From Geosiphon pyriformis uo1 (lineage: Eukaryota > Fungi > Glomeromycota): a stretch of DNA of 64,000 nt. Made by a program: the position numbers and the translations under genes. The DNA lies in contig JAAOMT010000630.1 in assembly GCA_016748015.1 (NCBI GenBank), positions 124,001 to 188,000 of the forward strand, in the 5' to 3' direction. Below, piece by piece: positions 37,901 through 59,819 of this stretch (within the stretch, counting starts at the first letter, position 1; each line of letters opens with the position of its first letter). The notes beneath the pieces were generated by a model. It was not told the origin of the DNA, ran no database searches, and saw only the letters and a list, made by a program, of their open reading frames with translations.

Positions 37901-40811
37901 GAGTATCACTTTCTTTTGAGATAACTGGGCTATTTCTAACCAACAGATTTTCAATGTCCACTTTTTTTTTTTAAAGAAAGATTTTCTTTGTTCTGTAACT
38001 AATAATTGAATTTCAGATGGTTTATTCTCAAAGAACTTTTGTATTTCCTTTAGTTTTTCTCTGGGTATTAAACTAATTGGCTTCCAATCTTTGTAATAGA
38101 TTAGGCAGGATTTGCATTTATCACTAGGGGAATACAAAGATTTATTATACCAGCACCTAATGTAAGAACCATGCTACCAATAACTATATTTTGCTTTCTT
38201 GTCAGGTTTTCTATCAAAGGTTCTTCTAAGGATATTATAGTAGGGCCAGCAAATTAGCTTGCCATTTACCATAATTCCTTCTTTATCTGCTTTAACATTA
38301 TCTAATGGCTTGTCATTGCTAATAAAGATGGTGTAAGCAAATTCAGCAGTTTTTTTTGTTCTTTTTGTTCATCTTCTTTGTCACTTTTTTTATTATCTAA
38401 CTTATCTGATTGCTTTTTTTTTGGCTTTGTTTAGGTACTGGAGGAGTTGTCCAATAACAACACTTAACTATAATAAGTTTCTCACCACATTTAATGTCAG
38501 TTCACAAAGTTTATAATCAAGCAAAACTTTTGCTTTCTTGAGCCATTCATTGCCAACTATTATGGTGTATTCTTTTGCTTCAGATACTTTCATGTTAGTT
38601 TCAATGCTGATGTTATTGATTCAGACAGGAACAGCTTTGGCTATGTCCAGATCTTTCTTCTTGTTACCATGTATGTTGATTATTAGTCTTGTAGACAGTT
38701 TATTAATCTTTTTGCCAATTGCTTCTAAAAAGTGTTTGGCAATGACACTAATAGATAATCTATTGTTCAGGATCAGATTAATAAAGTAACCAGCCACTTG
38801 GGCTTTACAAATAAGAGGGGTAACATTGCTGTTATTAGCAAGTCCAGCTTGGCATGAGTGCTTATTGGTCTTTGGTGTTTTTTTTTTGTGAATCAAAGAT
38901 TTGCAAAGATCTTTTTTGAATTAGGGATGGGTCATTAACTGGCCAAAAATAATGTGAGCAGGCGTTTCCATGAGATCTTTAACAACAAAATAAAGACCAG
39001 ATTTTTGTACTATTTCTGGAGATTCTAACTTTGGAGAATTCTTGAAAACTTTGGCCTTTGGTGGCTCATTGTTATCAGCAGTAGAAGTTGAGGCTTTGTT
39101 GGGATTTAGAACGAAATCAATCTTGGCTTTTTTCTTCTTTTTTGTTAAGTCAAAAGTGTTTAATTGCCAGTTTATCTATATTATGGTTATCATTAATTAG
39201 GTTAAAGACATAAAAGAGGTTTTTTTCTGGTTGGTTTGTACTCTCACTCTTTGAAAATGTGTCTACCAGTTTAAAGGCTAATAAACAGTAGCTTCAACTA
39301 AAGAATTCTTTCCAAAAAAATTAATGTTGGCATGATTGGGTCTTTGATTAGAGGAGACAATGGAAGATTGTTGCCATTTCTGGAAAAGTGTCCAGTTAAT
39401 CCACAGCAATAGCATACAGATAGGCCATAATTTTGCTGTCTTTAATAAGAGAGCTGTTAAGGCTGATTAAAATGTGATTCAAATTTAGGTCTTTGTGGTT
39501 GCTGGTTGTTTTTAACTGTTTGGGCTAATAGTTCTAATAGCCAAGTAAAATTTGCTGTAAGTCTATCTATTAATTGTTCATTGAAGTCTTGAGTTTGGGC
39601 AGCAAAAAAGATAGCAGCCATTTGTGAAGCAGAAGCCATAACAAGAGCAAAAACAAAAACTGGAAGAGTAAATCCTAAGTGCATTCTTTAATTGTCTTCT
39701 ATTTTCTGGGCAAGTTCAATGGCCATATCTATTGTGGGATTGTCTTTTAGTACCAGGAGAGACCAAAGAGCATAGGAAAAATCAGTTCTTAATCCTTTTG
39801 TAAAAAAATGAATTTTTTGTTTTTCTGTTTAGTTTTTTCCAGAATCTACTTGCTTAATTAATTTTTTGATTGCTTTGGCATACTCAGTTACAATTTTATC
39901 AGGACCTTGGGTTCTTTTTTCTAATTCCATATACCATTTGGATATCAAGATAAGAATTCTAAATTTTATTTCAAACTGGGTAGTAAAAAAAATGTTATTT
40001 TTTCCAGTATTTACTGATATCTATCTAATAATTTTTTGCTGAGCATTGGCATTGGTTTTTTGTGAGAACCAAGTAGCAGAAAAGTCTTGGAAGTAGCCAT
40101 CAATGATTTGGAATTTATATTCATATTATATTAGTTGGTTATGACAGCTCTTTCAAAGTCATCTAATTATTCAATTGGATCTTGTGTATCACCTCTAAAT
40201 AAAAATAGTGAGGTGTTATTTCTTTGTTCTAAAGCAGTTTGTACGTCCTGAAAAGTGATCAGAATGTTTTATTACATGAAATCATTAGCTATTGGTTTAG
40301 AAGTAGCTGTTTTTGTAGAATGTTTTGATTCACTTGAGAAGAAATCAAAAACAGGAGCAGTTTAATAGCTTTTTTTTTCTGTTTCAAAGGGAGTTTTAGA
40401 TAGCTGATAAGCAGCAATCCAGATGTGAATTTGGTAATTCAGGTATTCAGAATCAGGGGGCTGTTGTTCAAAGGTTGTTGAATATAAAAGTTGATTGATA
40501 CTGTTGTTTTTTTCTTCAAAGTTGTCTTTAAAATAAGCTTGGTCAAAATAATAGATTGTATAAGCTGTGTAGGTTTCAGCTGAATGCTTGTTTAAGAATC
40601 AGTTCCAAAAGTTTTGGAATTGTTTACTGAATTGTTTTTCAATAAAAAGCAAATCAAGCAAGAGAACAAAAGATTGAGTTCAATAAAGTCTAGATCATTT
40701 TTGTTGTATGCTTTAAAATATTCTTCTGATTGTTGTGGCAGATATAAATAATCATCCATACAATAAGAAAAAAAGTGGATTTTGATAACCTTACAAAAAG
40801 CACTACTTTTA

Positions 40812-41562
40812 TGTTACAGATTGGAGTAACAAGCTAATGGATAGCAAGAGAGAACAGGATTGTAGGGTGATAAAAGGAATCAAAAAGAAATCAACTTTAA
40901 AGAGCAAATTAAATAAGTATGGATTCAATGTGTAAGATCAATCTCATAAAATATCTCAGTCACTATACTTTTTAAAAGATAACCAGAGAATCTAAAGGTA
41001 AAGAGATAATCTGTATTGTCAACAAATGATCACACATTGGTATAATTCTATGTTTCATATTGGTGCTTTTAGAATTCAATATCAGATATCAGATGTACTT
41101 TTCAGTTACGTTTTATTCAATAATCTTCAAATGCTGCAATTACACATTTTAGAAAAAAGGTAAGAAATAACCAACAAGTAATCTTTTATTCCAAGATGTT
41201 CAAATACTTGAAAATAGAAAAAGGGAATTTAGCAATAAGAAAATAATTAAGATGAAGATTGTTATTTTATTTCTTTTTTTTCTTTGATTCTTATATGTTT
41301 TTCTATAGCTAAAAGATTCATTGCTTATATAACTATTAAAAATAGTCAATAATCAAGTTAATGATTAGGTCAATAATTAGATCAATAATTAGGTTAATAA
41401 TCAAGTCATTGATCAAATCAATAATCAGGTTAATGATTAGGTTAACAGTCAGATCATTGATCAAGTCAATGATTACTATCTAAAAATAGAGTGGCTAATT
41501 ATATGACATCAGTGGCTAATACATATAATAATTAATAAGAAGTATAAGTTTCAACTATAATA
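40812..41562 (-). repeat. 5' LTR, family B
   Basis: TGTTAC...ATAATA (eroded TAACA); direct repeat of 33812-34539 and 32228-32923. Confidence 0.92.
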
Positions 41563-42614
41563 TTATAAAATTAATATCAGATTTTTTCTTGGTTTTTTTT
41601 ATATTTAAATTACTGTTTATATTAGCAGTTTTGTATTTAAATAAAAAAAGTTTCAAGATATTTAACTAAATAATAAAAAATAAATAATGATAGAAAATTT
41701 TTTTTAGAAATTATTATATTTTTTTAGAAATTTAAAATATAGAAAAGAAAAAAGTTTTATAAATATTATTAAAAAAAACAATTTTATTTTTAATAATATT
41801 GTTTTTAAATATAATAAATTTTTTTATTTTAAATTTAATAATTGTATATTATTATTAAAAATTTAATAATATATTTTAAATATAATAAAGTTTTTAATTT
41901 TAATAATATATTTAATTTTTAATATTTTAAAATTAAATTTTTATTTTATTGTAAAATATATATAATTTTATGTAATATTGTTTTATGTTTTAATATTTTT
42001 TATTTTGTTAAAATATTAATATTTTTTTTTAAAATTACATATAATTTTTAATTTAAATCAATTAAAATATTTAATTAAATGACTAGTTACATGTAGAAAA
42101 TATGTAAATTATAACTATTTATAAGATTTTTAAATCTTATTATATTTAATAATTAAATTAAAACGTAATATAAAAAAATTATTTAAATTACTTAAACTTT
42201 AACTTAAATTGCTAAAAAATTTTATTGATATAAAATTTTAAATAATTTATAATATTTAATTATATTTGTAATTAATGTAAATTATTTATATTAATTGATG
42301 TAGTAATTAAAAACATTATGTTAATAATAATTGATAATTAATATAATTGTAAAATATTAATTAAAATTAAGTTAATAATAAAAATCAAAAATAATTTAAA
42401 TAATTATAAGCTAAATTTTAATTAGTAATATTATTAACAATTTGGTTAACATGATACATATCTTGTAAAGCACATTGGATTTTGCTTTGAGATACAACAA
42501 AAAGGCTAAAGAAATTTGAATAATAAGTCTTAAAGTGTTTATTATAAAATAATGTAGTTTTGATTGGTGCGAGTGGCTAGTCACATGTAGACAATGCACT
42601 AAGCAAAAAAAAAA
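41563..42614 (+). mobile_element. Eroded LINE 3' ends (two LINE 3' UTR-like motifs with A tails)
   Basis: AATGACTAGTTACATGTAGA (~42078) and AGTGGCTAGTCACATGTAGA (~42572) match the first LINE's 3' UTR AATGACTAGTCATGTGTAAA (13621); A10 at 42605-42614. Confidence 0.55.
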
Positions 42615-42792
42615 TTATTTAAAACAAGAAATTAATAATTTTGTTTGTCCGCATCTTCTCTTGAAGATAACCTTGGGTAGGAGCCACTGATCATCCGCCA
42701 CAGGCTGTTTTAAATCATATAATCAAATTGTCTGAGTTAATTACTTTTGTTTTTACAAGTTACCTTAGTTAATAAACTTATTTTCAAAAGCT

Positions 42793-44786
42793 ATGGATCC
42801 AAGCTTTTCTTTTGAAACTCTGGAAAATTCCATGGGAAATTTATCAAATCTCGATGTCCAAGGCATTGGGGAAATATATTTTGCCTTAACTGCTATGATT
42901 GAAACAGAAGAATTGAACACACAGAAAAAAGGATATAAAATTTTGAATAAGTTTATTCATACAGAACAAGGGCGATTGTGTGTATTACAAAATATCGATC
43001 ATTTGCAAATCCAAATATCAAAAACAGCAGTAACAACTTTAGCCCCCGCGAAGAAGGTAGCTTTTTTCAATTACAGTTTGAATCGTCCATTCAAATAATA
43101 ATTAAGTCAATAAACTTCTATCACATTATGAACAAGGATCGTTTGCTTACAATTTTAAAAGTGATCAAACTTCTTCCCACAACGGATCTTCACATGATAC
43201 CTGATTCTTTATCTGAAGTTATTTTAAGCACTAAAGAAGTAAACGCCAAAGCGCGTATGATGGCCTATGAAGTTCTAGTTTTAATGGGAAATAAGATGAA
43301 AGAGGGTGGCGTTGTTGTCATGACAAAAATTCCAGAAGCAGATCCAGATACCCCTAATGGTAACCGTCTAATAATAATTTTGCAATTGAGAAAGCACCCG
43401 TATCTAAGTGAAAAATTTTTGTCTCTTTTTTAGTGAATGCTTCAATTGATGAGTTTATTTTTGGAATGGTAGTAGCTGGTTTAGCAGCCACCACCTCCCA
43501 TATGATCAGTGCGACAATTACATCATTATCGAGACTGCTCTTCGAATTTAAGGGTAATTATTATAGGACTTTAAATAACTCTGATAAAAATGTATCTAAA
43601 AAGCTGATATTTTACTTAAATTCGAAAAATAGAATCGCTTGACCAAAAATCAACCCATCAACTTCTGGATACTATGGATAGATTTGTAAAACATCGAGAC
43701 AGGGAAATAGTGAAATCTGCCCTGGGATTTATCAAAGTTGCTGTCATATCTCTCCCCGTTGAGACTGTCAGCCCTCATCTTCACCAGATTATTCCCGCTA
43801 TTTTAACATGGTCTCGTGTGCATGCGAGTCATTTTAAAGCTAGGGTGAAACATATATTTGAACGATTGCTAAGACGTTTTGACTATAATGTTCTCGTGAA
43901 ACATACTCCTGAGGGAGATCAAAAATTTTTAATGAATATCCGCAAACAAAAAGAACGAACAAAGCGAAAGAAAAAGAATGATACCCTTTTCAAGAAGAGT
44001 AAAAATCAAAAAGAAGAAAATTTAGTGGAGGATTTTCTGGGACTAAAACCAAAAAAGCCGGGCTTCAGCAATGCATATGAGGACGCTTTATTTGGGAGCG
44101 AGAGTGAATCTGAAACTTCTGAGGATGACGATTTGGGAGCCTCTCACCAGCAAAAACATCAAAGAGGAAAAAAGAATATGAAAAATGCGAAAGGAGTTTG
44201 GATCAAAGAAGAAAGAGATATTCCAGTCGATTTTTTAGATAAAGATGCCGCCTTGCAGATTTTTTCTGTAAAACCTGAAAAGATTAAAGCACATGGCTCG
44301 AAAACAGCCAAAGTTCCTTTCAAAATATCATGGGATGGTAGAATTGTGATCAATGATTCAAAGGAGGATCATGAAGTTCAGAAGCCGGATAGCCCCCATG
44401 ACGATGTGGAAATGTTAGATACTGATAACCATTATATAGATGCCAAAGTGTCTAACGAGGGATTTACGCGTGGGCAACATAACAAAATTAGCTTTAATCA
44501 ACGACGGAATTCTGATAAGTTTAAGTCTGATCAAGTGGAACCGATCGATGCGGTAGCTATCCGAAACGCGAAAAACTTGAAGGCTGGCAACATCAAAATT
44601 AAAAAAGAAAAAAGAATCCCAGTGGGGCAAGAATACAAAGCTAAAAATGCGGATGGTGACATCAAAAGGAAAGGAAAGCCGGATCCATATGCTTATATAC
44701 CATTAACAAGCATGTACCGAAAGGCTGGGCAAAAGGGTCCCAAAATTTCTTTAAAATCAAAGGGAAAAGTTCAAAAAAGAAGATAG
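42793..44786 (+). CDS. RRP12: Ribosomal RNA-processing protein 12 (RRP12), C-terminal ~585 aa only; 5' end unresolved
   Basis: QKKGYKIL, EVILSTKEVNAKAR, MVVAGLA..SHMISATI..LSRL.FEF, REIVKSALGFIKV, YKAKNADGDIKRKGKPDPYAYIPL. Exons 42793?-43056, 43137-43359, 43434-43553, 43633-44786, all GT-AG. Confidence 0.88.
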
Positions 44787-45688
44787 TTAAATTAAAATAA
44801 TATTATTTAAAGTGCATTCGGTACATTAAGACACTGTTACATTAATATTTTTCAGATTAAAACTCATCACCTGACTTTTAGATTTCAGATGATATGTAAT
44901 AAATTCTTTTTTTGTAACGAAGGTTTACTTCCTTCAGCATTGTAAGTATTTTTATCAATTATGATGGTGATTGCAAATATGCATATCCCACGAAATACCA
45001 AACGCGAAGCGGGTGAAGAAATTTTCTGATCGGGCTAAAGGATACGAATATGGTAATTTGATTCAAAATATGATGTTTTGACTTGCTGTTTTATTTTTTA
45101 CAGCTTTTAGTGATTGAATTACAATGAAAGGAAGTAAGAAAAACCTATCGTTCTTTTTTTAAACTCTAGGAATTGAATTCGTATTTAGAGCATTTAAATG
45201 ACATTTTTGATACTTCGTAAGTTTTCAAAGTAAAAATAGCATGATTTATTTGATCTTTGAAATTGAAATATAAATAGATGACAATAGTATTAAAAACTTT
45301 TTTTGAAAATCAGAAATTTAAATTTTTATTACATAATAAATGATTTGTGTGTTTTAAGACTAAACTTCAAATTATGAATAAATTGTTATATTATTTTTGT
45401 ATTATTTTTTATTTTAATTCAACTTTTAGATTAAAAACGTTAACGTAAACAAAACTATTTCCTATGATATTAAATTATAAATTCGATTCCTCAATTCAAT
45501 ATCTTACATTTCGTTAATACAAAAGGTTGAAATCTCAATATCTTTTCGATGCAAATTAAAGTCAATATAAAATTTTACTGATTCAAATCTAATCAAAATT
45601 GTTGTTAAAATTTGAGAATGCAAGCTCTCGATGAATTTATTACTACTATACACCAAAATCCATTACTTATTTTAAGTCATAAATTTGT

Positions 45689-53797
<8,109 letters not shown>

Positions 53798-54062
53798 ATT
53801 GTCCAAGACTTTAATCCCAGATACTAATAATAATTAAGCCGTATAGTTGGGAGAAACAGAAAGAATGCCTCCAAATTCAGATCTAAGTTCCAGATCTACG
53901 CTTTGGTTAAAACTGAATTTGCTTAAGTTTGTTTTTCTTTGTGCAGTTTATTTTATAAGCAAATTTCGTTTATATGCGTCACTGATTACGTAAGCAAGCT
54001 GATGGATCAAAATCTATTCGTAATATCCCCACCAATTTGAATTCCCAATTCGTCTTTACAGA
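53798..54062. promoter_or_regulatory. Probable bidirectional promoter shared by PRP8 and RPN8
   Basis: Divergent ATGs 265 bp apart; contains the palindrome TTACGTAA (~53986-53993) and GCGTCA (bZIP-like sites). Confidence 0.6.
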
Positions 54063-55345
54063 ATGCCAACAGCTAACACTACAATCTCACAAAATACTGC
54101 TGTGATAGTACATCCTTTAGTTCTATTGTCAGTTGTGGACCATTATAATCGAGTTGCCAAAAATACCAAAAAACGTGTAGTTGGTGTTCTCTTAGGTCAG
54201 AATAATGGAAAGACCGTAAACGTGGCTAATAGTTTTGCGGGTATGATTGACTTTCCAATTTAACATCTCAGGGCACTGATAACTCACGCAAATTTGGATA
54301 TTTTGAATAACCTGAAATATTCTCTTTAAATTATGACATTCGAGAATCTTACTTTTTGATCTATTGGAATTTCATGCAGTTCCATTCGAGGAAGATGAAA
54401 AAGATCTTTCTGTCTGGTTTTTGGATCATAACTATGTAGAGGCAATGAATGATATGTTTAAAAAGGTTAATGGCATGTATCTTTTTCGTATACCGCTGTC
54501 GAAGTTGTTCTTTTTATTTAATCAACTAATCATTTCTTTTGTCTTAGCTCGGGAGAAAATGATTGGATGGTATCATAGTGGACCGAAGCTTCGGGCGTCC
54601 GATTTAGGTATTAATGAATTGTTCAAAAGGTATACGCCTAATCCAGTTTTGGTCATTGTTGATGTCAAGCCAAAAGATATTGGAATACCAACAGATGCCT
54701 ATTTTGCTATTGAGGAAATCAAAGATGTTAGTGTTAAAAGTTCTTCAGTTTTTACCACTCATGGCGAATTTATTTACTAAAGTTCTTTTGATTTAAAATT
54801 AGGATGGAACAGCTACAACCAAAACCTTTATGCATGTACCATCACAAATCGAGGCGGAAGAAGCAGAAGAGATAGGGGTTGAACATCTTTTACGTGACAT
54901 CAAAGATAACGCTGTTGGCACATTATCAACTCGTGTCACTGATCAGTTAAATTCATTAAAAGGGCTGCAATCTCGTTTGGAAGAAATCCGTGAGTACCTC
55001 CAAAAAGTTGTCAACGGGAGCTTGCCAGTGAATCATCAAATCATATACAATCTTCAGGATATCTTTAATCTTCTGCCAAACCTTAATATCGGAGAAACTG
55101 TAAGATCCTTCTCTGTGAAAACAAATGATCAACTTTTGGTTATTTACTTATCTTCTTTGATTCGAGCCGTTATTGCTCTGCATAACCTCATCAATAATAA
55201 GATCGAGAATTTGAAGGGTGAGAGCGTGCAACAACTTGTAGAAGGAGAGAAAAAGGAGGATCAAAAGGATAAAGAAACGGGATCTCAAAAAGATGTCAAG
55301 GCAGAAGTCAAAGAAGAAAATGATTCAAAAGAGCCGAAAAAATAA
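54063..55345 (+). CDS. RPN8: 26S proteasome lid subunit Rpn8/PSMD7 (MPN domain)
   Basis: [51 protein letters not shown]. Exons 54063-54240, 54380-54472, 54548-54726, 54803-55345; intron 2 is GC-AG. Confidence 0.96.
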
Positions 55346-55559
55346 TTTTCAATTTTAGCCCAATCTTTATTATATAATTTTCCTTTCAACAAAAACCTTA
55401 AATAAGTAATTTAGAGTGAATGTTTGAAATATATCCAACAATTTCAATAAAAAAAAATGCCTAATTAAAAAATCCTAAAGCAAAAGATATTTAATTTTTA
55501 CTATAATGCTTATATTATTTTTGGCTTTGTGGCTTTCCCATAACACAACACCATAATAA

Positions 55560-57130
55560 AACCTTGTAATATTTTTTAAATTTTTAACTTATTATTTAGA
55601 TATAAAAGTAATAAAAGCTTTTTTTTTAAATAATATACTAAAACAATTTCCAAGTTTTTACAATTATTATTAAAAGTTTTAATTTGGTTGTAAACGATAG
55701 CACTTTTTTTAATTTAAATAAAAACAAAAATAATATATTTATTAAAATAAAATACAATTTAATATTGTTTAATGTAATTATTTTTGATTAATTATTATTT
55801 ATTTAAAAACCAAAATTATTTTTTAATTAAAAAAACATTTAAATATTGTTTTTTATTAAACTTTAATTAATAAATAAAAACAGCTTTACAAATTTTAAAT
55901 ATAGAATTATAAATTAATAAATTTTAACTTAATATTAAAAATTTATTAAATTTTATAAAGAGTTATAATAATAAAAATAAAAACAAATTTAAAGTTACAA
56001 TAAATTTTGCAATTTTAAAAACAGTAAAAAAATAATAATTTTAATATTTAAAAAACTTTAAAATATAAATTATATATAAAAAAACTTAACATTATTTTTA
56101 ATAACCAATTTTATATTAACACAATCTTAATTTAAACTATTTTAATTTTAATATTTAGCATTAAAGTAAAAATAATTTATTAAAAAATTTTTAATAATTT
56201 TTTACATATTATTAAAACCAATTGTGTTTTTTTAAAAAAAAACAGCTTAATTTTTATTTTATAATTAAATAATATAATAACATAATTAAATAAAATTATA
56301 TGTTAAAATGTAACTTGTTTGTTTTTAAAACTAATAAGAATTAATTAAAATTATTTATATTAAATAATACAATCAAATATTATTTTGAAATAAAATTTAC
56401 AAATATGTTATTATTTTTATTATTTAAAATAAAAGGTTTTATTTTTTAGTCTTTTGGTTTCAATTATTATTATTTTTAAGTTTAAAAACGTTTTTAATAT
56501 TGTTATTATTAAAACTATTATTTTAAAAAAAAATCAAATTTAATAAAAAATCTTTAAATATTATTATTATTATAAGTATTAAAATCTAAATTATTGATAT
56601 TTAATTGCAAAGTTATTTTTTAAAATTTATTAAAGCTTATATTTAAATTATTTACAAATTATTTTACTGGTTTTATATTATATGTTAAAGCTATTATTTT
56701 TTAATTTCTTATATAAAAATTAATTTGTTTATTGTTAATAATAGAGTTAAAAAAAAATTCTTAAAATTTAAACTATAAAAATAATTTATTTGGATAAATT
56801 TTATGATTATGCTATTAATAATTTAATATTTAGATGATTGTTTTGTTTTTTGACAAAAATAAATTGGCTTTAAAAATATAATATGTATATGTTAGATAAT
56901 AATATTGTAAATAATAAAAGATATCTGTAACAAATAATAATATTATTATAATTTGGTTAATTGTTTTATAAAAATTGCTAAATTTTAATATAAACTTTAA
57001 ATGAGTATATTTGTTCTTTATAAATTACTTTATAAGTAAATTTAGCAAATTAAAACTTTGAATTGCAAAAATAAAATCTATTTTTATTAAATTAAAAGAT
57101 AAATTATTATTATTTTAATCCATTAACACA
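55560..57130. other. Extremely AT-rich eroded insertion relic between RPN8 and VPS4
   Basis: G/C and CpG almost absent; sharp boundary with the CpG-containing VPS4 promoter at ~57165. Confidence 0.55.
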
Positions 57131-57316
57131 TTGAAAAATAATGAAAAAAAAATCAATAAAAAAAATCTCGTGTTACTTTTGCTGTGCACAAAACTGCACA
57201 ACATCATCAGCATTGGCAAAGTTCAACTCAACTATACTTTGTCTTCCGCTTTCAACGCACAATTTCGTCGTGATTTCGAGAACTTGCCATTTCTATTAAC
57301 CAAAAAGTCGTGAAAG

Positions 57317-59424
<2,108 letters not shown>

Positions 59425-59819
59425 GGAGTTATGCAAATGAAGCAGCTGTTTTCAATTTATCCTATATATTTATTATGGTTGTCATTCTTGTATACTTATA
59501 TTCACGAATTTTTTTAGACGGTCCAAAGAGTCAATACCACACAAATCACAAATTATAATGTTTCATATGGGGAATACTATTTTGGAGCAATAGATAAATA
59601 TGTTTGATTAACTTTATTGGCTATCCTTTTAACTATTCTAAAAAATCTGAATCTTAACGAGTTTGATAAAACTTGGGGGTTTATATTGTGATATAAGTAC
59701 GGGAAGAAACTTTAGTAGTTGGGATTCTCGAGGTCAAAATAGTTACCAACCTCAAATTATTCACATTTAAGTGTCCCGCTTGGAAAACGTATTTTCAAAC
59801 TTCAAAAATATAAAACATT

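Larger units (their letters stand above)
33812..41562 (-). mobile_element. Structurally complete Ty3/Gypsy element (family B, copy 1), decayed, no dUTPase
   Basis: LTRs at 33812-34539 and 40812-41562; 4-bp TSD ctat/ttat; PBS-like TAAAAG-TAGTGCTTTTTGTAAGG; PPT GAAGAGAATAA; gag-PR-RT (FCVDYYQLN, VYLDNI)-RH-IN. Confidence 0.95.

Noticed and set aside
7070-41562. Alternative genetic code or programmed readthrough to explain in-frame stops
   Set aside because: Stops arise at Trp/Gln/Arg codons by transitions, differ between copies and are absent from host genes, which indicates decay.
54477-54486. U12-type donor (GTATCTTTTT) in RPN8
   Set aside because: Using it breaks the frame and the conserved KVNAREK; the GC donor 4 nt upstream fits.
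55560-57130. Organellar insertion or centromere for the AT-rich tracts
   Set aside because: No recognisable organellar genes or satellite periodicity; the texture matches terminally eroded TEs.
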